NCBI RefSeq assembly: GCF_006345805.1
Contig: NC_042998.1
Coordinates: forward strand, 23,994,001-24,058,000
DNA from: Octopus sinensis
Lineage: Eukaryota
Length of the DNA stretch: 64,000 nt
Reading direction: 5' to 3'
Shown here one piece after another: positions 50,777 to 62,795 of the stretch. The notes below the pieces were generated by a model. The model saw only the letters and a list, made by a program, of their open reading frames with translations, was not told where the DNA came from and made no database searches. The position numbers were made by a program, and so were the translations under genes. The first letter of the stretch is position 1. The number at the start of each line of letters is the position of its first letter.

Positions 50777-51293
50777 ATTACATGGAAAAATGCGAGCATG
50801 AAAAGTCATATTCTTAAGATTATAAACCTGGAAAAGTACAGGACAAGTTATTGCATTTGTAAAAGTAAAGGACAAGCTATTACTTCTAGTAAAATAAAGA
50901 ATAAGAAACTTTTTACTTAAAATATAGCAGCCAGAATTAAAATTTGAATATTAAAAATTATTTTATTATAGTTAACAAATAACACTACACTTATTTAAAT
51001 AGAATTTGGCTAATTTACTACCTTAAATACAGAAAAAAGTGACTAATTAGACAAACTTACAAATTAGCTGAATAGTTTTGCACAATAAATTTAAAAGATG
51101 AGAACTGTAAAGAGTGATAAATTAGAAGAACTGGCATTCTTTGCTGCAATATTTTAAGTAAAAAGTTTCTTATTCTTTACTTTACCAGAATAGTTTGTCC
51201 TATACTTTTCTAGGTGTAATAACCTGTCCTGTACTTTTCCAGGTTTATAATTTTAAGAATATTACTTTTCATGCTCACATTTTTCCATTTAAT
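50777..51293. mobile_element. Long-TIR MITE/foldback element (~150-bp arms)
   Basis: ATGGAAAAATGCGAGCATGAAAAGT...AAACTTTTTACTTAAAATAT is inverted at ~51140-51290. Confidence 0.8.
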
Positions 51294-51330
51294 TACATTA
51301 TTAGATGCTGAGTGTAGGAAATATGTAATA

Positions 51331-51738
51331 GGCGCAGGAATGGCTGTGTGGTAAGTAGCTTGCTAACCAACCACATGGTTCCGGGTTCAATCCCACTGCG
51401 TGGCATCTTGGGCAAGTGTCTTCTGCTATAGCCCCCGGGCCGACCAATGCCTTGTGAGTGGATTTGGTAGACGGAAACTGAAAGAAGCCTGTCGTATATA
51501 TGTATATATATAAGTGTGTGTGTATATGTTTGTTTGTCTGTGTTGTCCCCCTAGCATTGCTTGACAACCGATGCTGGTGTGTTTATGTCCCCGTCACTTA
51601 GCGGTTCGGCAAAAGAGACCGATAGAATAAGTACTGGGCTTACAAAGAATAAGTCTCGGGGTCGATTTGCTTGACTAAAGGCGGTGCTCCAGCATGGCCT
51701 CAGTCAAATGACTGAAACAAGTAAAAGAGTAAAGAGTA
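51331..51738 (+). mobile_element. SINE family 2, full length
   Basis: Consensus match; an opposite copy lies at 51973-52358. Confidence 0.92.
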
Positions 51739-52937
51739 ATTTGTACGATAAAAATAAGATGATATTTTTTGCAAACACAGAATTGTTGTTAGAACAACAG
51801 AAATACTGGTTAAATTATTCTTATAAAGTGGAAAAATTTGTCAACAAACAGCCATTGGACTTGAACCCACATTCCTCATGACTCTAGGCAAATGCTTTAC
51901 CATCAAACTAAACTGCCTGTTAACAAATTTGTCCACAAATTTAGATGTTAAATAGCTAATAGAACAACTACATTCTTTTATTCTTTTACTTGTTTCAGTC
52001 ATTTGACTGTGGCCATGCTGGAGCAAGTCCTTTAGTTGAACAAGTTAATCCCAGGACTTATTCTTTGTAAGCCTAGTACTTATTCTAATGGTCTCTTTTA
52101 CCGAACTGCTAAGTTATGGGGATGTAAACACACCAACATTGGTTGTCAAGCGATGGTTGAGGGACAAACACAGACACACAAACACACACACACACACACA
52201 TGAGAGGCTTCTTTCAGTATCCGTCTACCAAATCCACTCACAAGGCTTTGGTTGGCCCGAGGCTATAGTAGAAGACACTTGCCCAAGGTGCCATGCAGTG
52301 GGACTGAACCTAGAAACATGTGATTGGTAAGCATGCTACTTACCACACAGCCACTCCTCTATGTGTATAAATACAAACAAACTAACATTTGGTTTATTTC
52401 TTAATAGTAATTTACACAGTATTTCTGTTGTTCTAATGGCAATTCTGTATTCGAAAAAATATCATCTTATTTGTACCGTACAATACACATTTTGATGCTT
52501 AAAAAAAACCCCAAAAAAACAAATGTTAATTTGTTTATAGATGTTTTCGATTTAGTTTGGATTCTTTGCCATCAAATTTGAATTCCTTGCCATCAAATTT
52601 GATGGCAAAGAATCCAAACTAGATTGAAAATATCTATATATTTTTATACATGTAAGCTTTGTTATATTTTTGGATGAGTTCATTGTTACATTCACAGCTT
52701 ACCTTATCATTTATCTAGAAGCATAATACGAATAAATTTATTGGTAGAATGCTATAGATTGCGCAATAAATAAGTAAATAGACGAATTAAAATATAGAAT
52801 TTACAGGTTGTCTTCAATAACATTCTGTCCATCAATGAACAAGACATTATATAACTGAAGATAAGTTGAAATTAGGTAATATGGAACGGCTAAAATCTAG
52901 CTTCAGGGAAACTAAGACATTTCTAATATAATGTTAA

Positions 52938-53590
52938 CCTCCTCTTCTTCTTCTTCTAACCCCCGCTCCTCATCCTCCCCTTTCTTATTCTTCTTCTTCT
53001 TCGCCCAGCCTCCTCTCCCCCCACCCTCCTAGTCTTATTTCGTGTAAGTCTCCCCGCCCATCCTAGTCGTCTTCTTCTTCTAAACAGACTCATCTTCTTC
53101 TGGTCTTAGTTCTTCGCCTTCCCCGATTCTTCTTCTTCTTCTTCGTGCGTTTCCCCCTCCCCCTCGTATTATTCTTCTTCTTATCTCTTCTTCTTCTTCT
53201 ATTTATTCCGACTATCTCGCCTCCTCCTCCTCCCTTCTTCTCCTTCCCCCGACTCCTCCTCCTCCTCTTCTTCTTTTTTTCTTCTCATCTACTCCTCTTC
53301 TCTCCTTTCTCTTCTTCGTCTTCCCCCACCTCCCCTTCTCCTTCTTCTTCTTTCCTCTTTCCTCCTCTTCTCCCTCTCCTTCTCTTCCCTCCCACCTTCC
53401 TCCCCTCCCTCCTCCTCTCCTCCTCCTCTTCTCTTCTTCTTCTTCTTCCCCCTCCTCCTCTTCCTCTTCTCCCTCTTCTTCCCCCTCCTCCTCTTCCTCT
53501 TCTTCTTCCCCCTCTTCTTCCCCCTCCTCCTCTTCCTCTTCTTTCTCCCCATCATCATCATCATCCTCACTACCACCATCATTATCATCA
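52938..53590. repeat. (CTT/CCT)n polypyrimidine low-complexity tract ending in (CAT/CAC)n
   Basis: Direct reading. Confidence 0.95.
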
Positions 53591-54097
53591 CTATCATTTA
53601 ATGTCCATTTTCCCTGCTTCCATGTGTTGAACAGTTTTGACAGGATCTGGCGAGCTGCGGGGCTTTTGTCAGTTTAAAGAAATTAAATGGTATTTAATAA
53701 TACGGATGCAGAAACCGAAAGTCAGAAATCTCTTCTCTTATAATTCTTTCAATATTGCAGTAAATAAAACATCTTCAGCTTTAGCTTATCTGGGGGGGGG
53801 GCACCCCGGTATGTAGTTGATTTTTATCTGTAAGAAATAGCAGCAAAATCTTATTTGAATTACATCCCTCTCTCTTCAAAAGAAAGAAAATATGCGATAT
53901 GTGGTCATAGATAAATATGATGAGATTGTCATAGGTGGATTGTCATTTGAAATGGGCTTCCCAGATCAGAGCTGATTAGCAGCTAAAAAATGACATCTAA
54001 ACAGCAACAGAAGTAACAATGATGTTATTAATTATCCGGATATTTCCGCAGGGCTTGACTTTGACTTTCATCTTTTCAGGGTTGATAGACTAAGTAC

Positions 54098-54672
54098 CTA
54101 TTTCTTTATTGCCCACAAGGGGCTTAACACAGAAGGGACAAACAAGGACAGACAAACGGATTAAGTCGATTACATTGATCCCAGTGTGTAACTGGTACTT
54201 ATTTAATCGATCCCGAAAGGATGAAAGGCAAAGTCGACCTTGGCAGAATTTGAACTCAGTACGTAGCGGCAGATGAAATACCTATTTCTTTACTACCCGC
54301 AAGGGGCTAAACACAGAGGGGACAAACAAGGACAGACAAACGGATTATGTTGATTACATTGATCCAGTGTGTAACTGGTACTTATTTAATCGATCCCGAA
54401 AGAATGAAAGGCAAAGTCAACCTTGGCGGAATTTGAACTCAGAACGTAAAGACAGACGAAATACCTATTTCTTTACTACCCACAAGGGGCTAAACACAGA
54501 GGGGACAAACAAGGACAGACAAACGGATTAAGTCGATTATATCGACCACAGTGCGTAACTGGTACTTAATTTATCGACCTCGAAAGGATGAAAGGCAAAG
54601 TTGACCTCAGCAGAATTTGAACTCGGAATGTAACGGCAGACGTGCTAATGTTTCTGCCAGCTCGCTGCCTTT
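54098..54672 (-). mobile_element. SINE family 1 trimer inserted into an older family 1 copy
   Basis: Three ~183-184-bp bodies (junctions 54281/54282 and 54464/54465), a single head, and the 12-bp TSD TAGACTAAGTAC at 54086-54097 and 54673-54684. Confidence 0.93.
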
Positions 54673-55067
54673 TAGACTAAGTACCAGTGAAACACTGGGG
54701 TCGATGTAATCGACAAGCCCCATCTTGACAAATTTGAGGCCTTGTGCTTCCAGTAGAAAGGATTAATTATCCTGATACGGAAAGAGGGATTTACTGGTTT
54801 CTGTACAATTTGCTGGGAAGTCATGTTGTCTTCCATTTGTCTGTTTTGGCATGTTCCCTATAGCTGGATGCTCTTCTTGAAGCCAACTACTTTACAGAGT
54901 GTACTGGGTACCTTTTATGTGGCGCTGTCATAGGTGTCTTTTACATGGCACCAACATGGGCTACATTTTAATCAATTCAAATCTATTGATTTTTGTACAT
55001 TCCCAAGAACAACATACTTGATGGTACTGAAAAATCAAACATTGAAATATAATGTAAAATCTAAGAG

Positions 55068-55709
55068 ACTTTTGGAAATATGCTGTGCTTGAGAAGACCC
55101 GGCAAGCCAAGTGAGACCATAATCTTGCGGTCAATGCCAGGGGTGTAACCAGCCCACTTATGTGTACCTTTCCTTCATTGGACACTAAACTCTGCTTGCG
55201 AAGACCTGTTGAGGCAAGTGAAATCAAAATCGAAATCAAATTTGATGACTGGCATCCGTGCTAGTGGAGTGCTAAGAGCACCATCCGAGTGTGATCATTG
55301 CCAGAGCGGCTAACTGGCTTCCATGCTGGTGGCATGTAAAAAGCACCATTCGAGCGTGATCGTTACCAGCATTGCCTTAGTGGCACTTGTGCTAGTGGCG
55401 CATGAAAAGACATTTGTCGTTGCCAGTGCCGCTGGACTGGCTCCTGTGCGGGTGGCACATAAAAAACACCATTTGAGCATGGCCATTGCCAGTACCGCCT
55501 GACTGGCTCTTGTGCCAGTGGCACGTAAAAGCACCCATTACACTCTCAGAGTGGTTGATGTTAGGAAGGGCATCCAGCTGTAGAAACTCTGCCAGATCAG
55601 TTTGGAGCCTGGTGCAGCCATCTGGTTCACCAGTCCTCAGTCAAATCGTCCAACCCATGCTAGCATGGAAAGCGGATGTTAAACGATCATGATGATGATG
55701 ATGATGATG
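55068..55709 (+). mobile_element. Composite retroelement: LINE 3' end + (AATCGA)n + VNTR + RTE-like tail (GAT)n
   Basis: WKYAVLEKTRQAK* at 55073-55114, a short hexamer tail near 55220-55240, ~5 VNTR modules, and the end CCAACCCATGCTAGCATGGAAAGCGGATGTTAAACGAT(GAT)n. Confidence 0.75.
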
Positions 55710-56050
55710 CTTCATCTTTTAAGATGAAGTTTATCATCTATAAAATATTATAATTGTAATTACCACCTGTTGTTTTTATAAGTTCATAGAATTTTTTACT
55801 TAAATTTTTCTATCAATTCTAACCATTTCATTTTTCCTTCTGTGATTTTTTTGTTCTCTGATGCGTTTTGCAAACACTATGACTATGCGTTCCATCATGG
55901 TCTCAATTGTTGGTGCTTCTTAGCTTTTGGCATTTGCCAGCTCTTCAAAACCAACACAATTTCCTTCCATAAATGATTTGCTCAAACATTAAAAAAAAAA
56001 AAAACCATTCCCACAAAAAATAAAGTTAGTGGATGCCGGAATCAATGCAA

Positions 56051-56258
56051 TCATCATCATCATCATTATGATGATGATGATCATCATCATCATCATCTCC
56101 ACCACCACCACCACCACCACCACTACCACCGCCACCACCACCACCACCACCGCCTCCACCACCACCACCACCGCTGCCGCCACCACCACCGCTGCCGCCA
56201 CCACCACCACCACCGCTGCCGCCACCACCGCTACCGCCACCACCACCACCACCGCTAC
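56051..56258. repeat. (CAT)n/(GAT)n palindrome followed by (CAC/CGC)n
   Basis: Direct reading. Confidence 0.95.
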
Positions 56259-56280
56259 CGGTGATGTTTTTCTGATTTAA

Positions 56281-56451
56281 AATGGTTTGAATTAATCATG
56301 CATTATCTTGTAGTTTAGAGATTTCAGTGATGTGATTTTTTAGTTTTAGAATGACATGATAGGGCTGAGGTGAGAGGCGAGATCTGGTCAGTTTCAATAT
56401 AAAACAGGTTAAATATTTTGGCCAGATATGGCCGGGTTGAATGCTAAAGGG
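56281..56451 (+). mobile_element. piggyBac-type MITE, right-end fragment
   Basis: Ends GAATGCTAAAGGG-TTAA. Confidence 0.75.
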
Positions 56452-57688
56452 TTAATGTCTATGTTAGAAATCATTATTTACATTAAAAAAAATTTTTTTT
56501 TAAAAAGTAGTTTCCAGAATATGTTATAGTGATGCCTTAAAATGGATACTCTGATTTTATTTTTCTCCTTGTGTTAGTGTTTCGCAGAGTTATTAAAATC
56601 ATTACTGTTACACGAGATTGTAACTCAAATAATAATGATGGGAAAAATGGTGATGACAATGATGATGATGACGATACAACAATGATAATAGCGATGATGA
56701 AGATGATGATGATGATGATTTAAAATCACCATTGAGAGACAGTAATATTTCTTCTCCTGTTCAAGGATATTTTTAAATAGATATACTTAAAGATAGATAC
56801 ATCACCAATGACAGAACCGCAGATACAATGATAATGATGATGCCAATATCAATAACGAGGATAATGATCATGACGAGAACATTATTTTTTTTCTTTCCCT
56901 TTTTTTTTTTAATTACAATTCCATTTATATTTTGTTTGTTTATTTTAAAAAGGAAAAGACAATAACTTTACCTTAAGGGCAGTCTCTATTGCTGTGATTA
57001 TAGTTATTTCAATATTTCCTTTATACCAAAAAAAAAAAAAAACCCCAAAAAAACCTAAAAAAAAACAAAGCAAAGCAAAAATAAATGAAATGAGAAGAAA
57101 ATATAAAAATATAAGGTTGACAATTCTTTCAGAACAGTTCCTTACAGCAAACATCCAAGTTAATTAAATAAATGTGAGAAAATATGTGGGGAAAAAAAAA
57201 AAATCATTGAACATTCCAGATAGATTTTCACAGCATTCTATCATCATGTCACTTACATTAATCTCGGCAGCTTCAGATGTTGCTTTTGTTCCAATAGCAC
57301 CCTAGCAATGCCTGTAGCAGATTTTTTGTCAGTCTATGCAAAATGAAGAATGATATCGCCTTGCGATGATTAAGGATTTAAAAATTCTATAGATCTGTCA
57401 ACTACACTCATATTCTTCACAGAGTCTAAACTGTTTCGCAAAGACTGGGTTCTCTCTTATCAGAGAGACAGAAAATATGTCAGTCCAGAACAGCTATAAA
57501 CCCTTGTAATCACCATCGTTGTCCTTTTCTTTCAATGATTACGTTTTTATTTTTTGTTACCTAACATGTGTGGGTTGTATAGATCTGCACTACAACATAT
57601 TTGCAATTCTCTTTGATAACATGTCATCTTGTTTCTTATCCAGACATACATAACTGGAACAGGAAACATTATCACATACTCTCCTTCT

Positions 57689-57734
<46 letters not shown>

Positions 57735-57858
57735 ACTATTTCTGTGTGAGCCAGAGAATGTATCAAAGCAATAGTTTATTAATTGTACAAAGAACAAATT
57801 TTTCCAAACAACACAAGGGTATTTTTTATCTGGATAGAGTTCCTACTACACACACATG

Positions 57859-57881
57859 CACTGTCTGTCTATCTGTCTGTC

Positions 57882-57935
<54 letters not shown>

Positions 57936-58226
57936 ACAATCTGTCTCTCAGTCTATCTGTCTGTCTCTCTTTCTCTCAATCTGTCTCTCTCTCCCTCTCT
58001 CACAATCTCTCTCGCTCTCTTAACCTATCTCTATCCCTCTTAATCTGCCTCTCTCTTAACCTGTCTGTCTGTCTCTTTCTCTCCCTTAATCTGCCTGTCT
58101 CTCTCTTAATCTGTCTCTCTCTTTCTCTTCATCTGTCTATCTGTCTCTCTCTTAATCAGTTTCTCACTCTCAGTCTGTCTGCCTCTCTCTCTCTTTCCTT
58201 GCTTCCTCACTTCCTATCCATCTGTC
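57859..58226. repeat. (CT)/(CTGT) low-complexity tract
   Basis: Direct reading. Confidence 0.95.
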
Positions 58227-58685
58227 TCAAAGACAAAGATTCTATTAGCAATATTTAGCAACCAGATGCTTGCCAGTGATTAACTGCACACTCTCTGTCT
58301 TTTTGACGCTTGTTCCAATTGACGGAGTTCCAATGGATGGAGTCCATATCCCTGCAAATCTTCTCCGTTGCCAACTTAAGCACGGATCATGACCAACAGG
58401 TCATTCCCCTCTGAGATGCAGCAGCGATGCATTCAAAAGGGAGCTCTTTTTGGGGTGAAAGGAAAGTAGAGCGGTAGACAAATTAGTTTGTGATATTAAC
58501 ACAGGCGTGTCTGTGAAGAAATTTACTTCCCAACCACATGGTGCTGGGTTCAATTCCACTGCGTGGCACCTTGGGTATATGTCTTCTACAATAGCCTTGG
58601 GCTGACCAAAGCCTTGTGAGTGGATTTAGTAGATGGAAAATGAAAGAACAAGGTGTACGTTACGCCACAATAATATATGTATAAA

Positions 58686-59102
58686 GGCGCAGGAGTGGCT
58701 GTGTGGTAAGTAGCTTGCTTACCAACCACATGGTCCCGGGTTCAGTCCCACTGCGTGGAATCTTGGGCAAGTGTCTTCTGCTATAGCCCCGGGCCGACCA
58801 ATGCCTTGTGAGTGGATTTGGTAGACAGAAACTGAAAGAAGCCTGTCGTATATATGCATATATATGTATATATGTGTGTGTGTGTGTGTTTGTGTGTCTG
58901 TGTTTGTCCCCCTAGCATTGCTTGACAACTGATGCTGGTATGTTTATGTCCCTGTCACTTAGAGGTTCGGCAAAAGAGACCGATAGAATAAGTACTGGGC
59001 TTACAAAGAATAAGTCCCGGGGTCGAGTTGCTCGATTAAAAGCGGTGCTCCAACATGGCCGTAGTCAAATGACTGAAACAAGTAACAGTAAAAGTAAAAG
59101 TA
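58686..59102 (+). mobile_element. SINE family 2, full length
   Basis: Consensus match; GTATAAA occurs on both sides. Confidence 0.9.
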
Positions 59103-60594
59103 AGTATAAAAATACAAATATGGGACAAGAAAGCAAAACACTCAAATAGACGACACAAAAAACGGACGGGTCATTCGAAGCCTCTAATCTTCAGTCAAGA
59201 ACTGGATCATCCTCTCAATTTCGGCTGATTAATCTTGAGATCGCTCCGATCCGGCCAGCCCCAAGGAAAAACTAAGCTAAGAGCATTAGATTTCTTGGAA
59301 AATGAAAGAAGCCTGTTGTGTGTATATATGTGTGTGTTTTGTCACCACCTCTTGTCAACTGTAATTTCTATGACCAATGTGGTCACACACTGCACCATGT
59401 TGACTCTACTTGAGGACTACATTAAGATTGTTTGTATTTGTTGAGTAATCAACTACTTATGTTTTAATTCAATCAGTAAGTTGATAGACCAGTAGAATAA
59501 GCACTAAGCTTACAAAGAATAAGTCATGGGGTCGATTTCTTCGACTAAAAACCCTTTAAGGTGGTGCTCCAGCATGGTCGCAGCCAAATGATAGGAACAG
59601 TTAAAGAGTAAAGGAATAAAAGAACACATACATATATATAAGAATATATATATTTCTATATACATATGCATATACATATATATAAATACAAATGGGACAA
59701 GAACGCAAAACATCCAGATAGACGATACAAGGAAACAAGGACGGGTCATTCAGAGTTTTCTTTCCTCAGTCAAGTTCCAGATTATCTTTGCAATTTCAGC
59801 TGGTTATACTCCATATTGTTCCAATCTGGCCAGCCCCAAGGAAAAACTAAGCTAAGAGCATTAGATTTCTTGGAAGAAACAGCAAATATATACAAAAGCA
59901 AGGACGGAAAAAAAGGGACAATGTTACACAAATACAATAAAAATAATTCATACAATGGGCTTCTTTTCAGTTTCTGTCTACCACATCCACTCACAAGGCT
60001 TTGGTCAGCCTGAGACTATAGTAGAAGATACTTGCTCAAGGTGCTATGCAGTGGGACTGAACCCGGAACCATGTGATTGAGAAGCAAACTTATTACCACA
60101 CAGCCTCACCTGCACCTACTTAATACTTTTATATATTCTGCTTTTGATTTGTCTTTGTCTTTGATCCTTTTTGAGCTGATTTAGAAACTGCCAAGCATGA
60201 TTTCAGTAACCATTCTCTTTCTTTATAAATCTGTAAACTTGTAAGAAAAACTTACAAGAAGTCATTTGACAGAAACATAGACAAATATCTCTTACAATAG
60301 CCAAATATATCTTGATATATTTAGTTATATCCAGAGAGACAATAGTCTTTGACAGGGAAAGATTTGCGTTTACAATACTGCAAATGTTATATTCTTGACC
60401 CACCTTCATGTAACTTTAAGTGAAAGAAGTAAATAAAAGAAAAAGTGGATGATATTTACAAATGGATCAACAGAAGAAGCATTTTTCTATTTGTGCAGCC
60501 CCTAGGCTGGGTTTTGGGTTGTGAACAAACCAACAGCGGTTGTCAAGTGATGATGTTGTTGGTTGAGAGGACAAAGATAACCAGAAAGACACAC

Positions 60595-60634
<40 letters not shown>

Positions 60635-60835
60635 ACATATATAGTCACACAAACGTGACTGTGATAAGAAGTTTGCTTCCCAACCAGATGGTTCTGAGTT
60701 CAGTCCTGCTGCATGACACTCTTGGTTAGCGTCTTCTACTATAGCTATGGGCCAACACCAAAGCCTTGCAAGTGGATATGGTAGATGGAAACTGAAAGAA
60801 GCCTGTGATATATACATACATACATACATACACAC

Positions 60836-60933
<98 letters not shown>

Positions 60934-61215
60934 ATGTGTGTATGTATGTATGTATGTATGTTTGTGGGGGGTGTCAGTGTTTGTCCCCCTACCATCTCTT
61001 GACAACCGATACTGGTATCTTTATGTCCCTGTAACTTAGCAGTTTGGCAAAAGAGACCACAGAACATGTACTATGCTTACAAACGATAAGTCCTGGAATT
61101 GATTTGTTCAACTAAATCTCTTCAAGGCAGTGCACCAGCATGGCTGAAACAAATAAAAGAGTAAAGCAATAAAACAAAGAATAAAAGAATATATATATAC
61201 ATATATATATAAATA

Positions 61216-61432
61216 GTAGTGGGTGTCGAAAAGTTCCTGACTTTAAGGGCTTTGCAAAAGACCTGGTTGGAGGCCTAGCCTTCCAAGTTCTTTTACAAGG
61301 CTTAGAAAAACTGAAGGACCCCTGCCATAAGTGTGTGAATCTAAGAGAGCAATATGTTGAATAAAATCATAATTAACTGATTCTCCTATATTGTCTGTTA
61401 CGCAACTCCAGAAACTTTTCAGCATTCCTTCG
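61216..61432 (+). mobile_element. Internally deleted mariner
   Basis: GAAAAGTTCCTG / CCAGAAACTTTTCAGCATTCCTTCG-TA ends; remnant GLEKLKDPCHKCVNLREQYVE* resembles a mariner C-terminus. Confidence 0.8.
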
Positions 61433-61887
61433 TATATATACACAACTGCAGACATATAAATACGTACACACAGACACACACACTAACATGTCTATATATA
61501 TATCATCATCATCATCATCATCGTTTAACGTCCGTTCTCCATGCTAGCATGGGATGGACGGTTCGACCGGGGATCTGGGAAGCCAGAAGGCTGCACCAGG
61601 CTTCAGTCTGATCTGGCAGTGTTTCTACAGCTGGATGCCCTTTCTAACGTCAGAATGCCCTTCCTAACGCCATATGTATATATATATATATATATATATA
61701 CATACATACATACAAAATATGTGGGTTTAGTTCACAAGTGATCCAAATGAATAGGTACGCTAGGTAAGTACTGTAACGGATTACTAGGGCTCTAAGGTTA
61801 TAACTGAAATGGTAGTTATGGAGCTATTGTAGATTTCTGATGCAGCAGATATATAATTGTTAAAGAGGACAACAAAGGCAAGACAAA

Positions 61888-61925
61888 CCTCAGAAGACGG
61901 AATATCCCAGAAACAGCTGTAAGAC
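61888..61925 (+). ncRNA. Degenerate hammerhead-like motif
   Basis: CCT-CAGAAGA-CGG(AATATC)CCA-GAA-ACAGCTGT-A-AGAC: palindromic helix III and GUA triplet, but U4A and weak helices I and II. Confidence 0.4.
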
Positions 61926-62251
61926 TATTAATTTTTCCCAATAATAATAATATATATGACTTGGGATGTTTTAGCAAATAGAATTGAGAAGCACATTAGT
62001 TGGTTCATCAACTTTAGGACATTAAAATGTTGACTTGATGAACCAACTAATGTGCTTCTCCATTTTCTTATTTGCAATATAAATTAATGATAAAATATTT
62101 CTTTACCTTCACCCATTTAATACAATAAGTAAGTTTATTGCATTGCAATTAAAAACACTTGTGTATTAATAATTGGGTATTATACCAACTGTATATTGGA
62201 TAAGTATTATACCTTAGTGGGTTGGATCCACAACCCCTAACTTTCTTAATG

Positions 62252-62285
<34 letters not shown>

Positions 62286-62287
<2 letters not shown>

Positions 62288-62684
62288 TAGCAGTATCGCC
62301 CGGCGTTGCTCGGGTTTGTAAGGGAAATAACTATATAAGCATTTTTAGAGAGTTATAGCCAAAAAATAGGAAAAAATGCATTAAAAATGGAAAAAAAAAT
62401 TAAGGTAAATTTCTTTTTAAATCGTTGACACATCGTAGATATTTTTAGAGAGTTACTTCCCTTATATAATAGCGAAAAAAATGCATTAAAATGGAAAAAT
62501 ATGATGGTAAATTTTTTTAAATCGTAGACTCATCGTAGACGCGCGCTAATACCCAGAAGGGCTCGATATGACTCACGACTATAAGATACCCGGTTTTGGT
62601 TACACTGCACCGCAAAATGTGGAAGTAGTTAGGAATCTAAATCGTAGGAGACAGACACACAACTTCACTCTTATATATAAAGAT
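62286..62684 (+). mobile_element. HINE/DINE-1-like element, second subfamily
   Basis: Starts ACTAGCAGTATCGCCCGGCGTTGCTCGGG and ends CTCTTATATATAAAGAT. Confidence 0.75.
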
Positions 62685-62795
62685 ATAAGTCACGTAGTTA
62701 TATACACATACTTTGTTATATACACATTCTTAAAAGAAAATGTTATTTTGAATACAACATTTATAAAGAATAAAATATGTTTTGGTTTTTCTTAA

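Noticed and set aside
51849-51917. Intact tRNA gene
   Set aside because: Anticodon and T stems pair poorly; it behaves as a SINE-type head.
57255-57360. Minus-strand exon GAIGTKATSEAAEIN with GTAAGT donor
   Set aside because: Weak acceptor, and the plus strand reads HPSNACSRFFVSLCKMK, like a hAT relic; unresolved.
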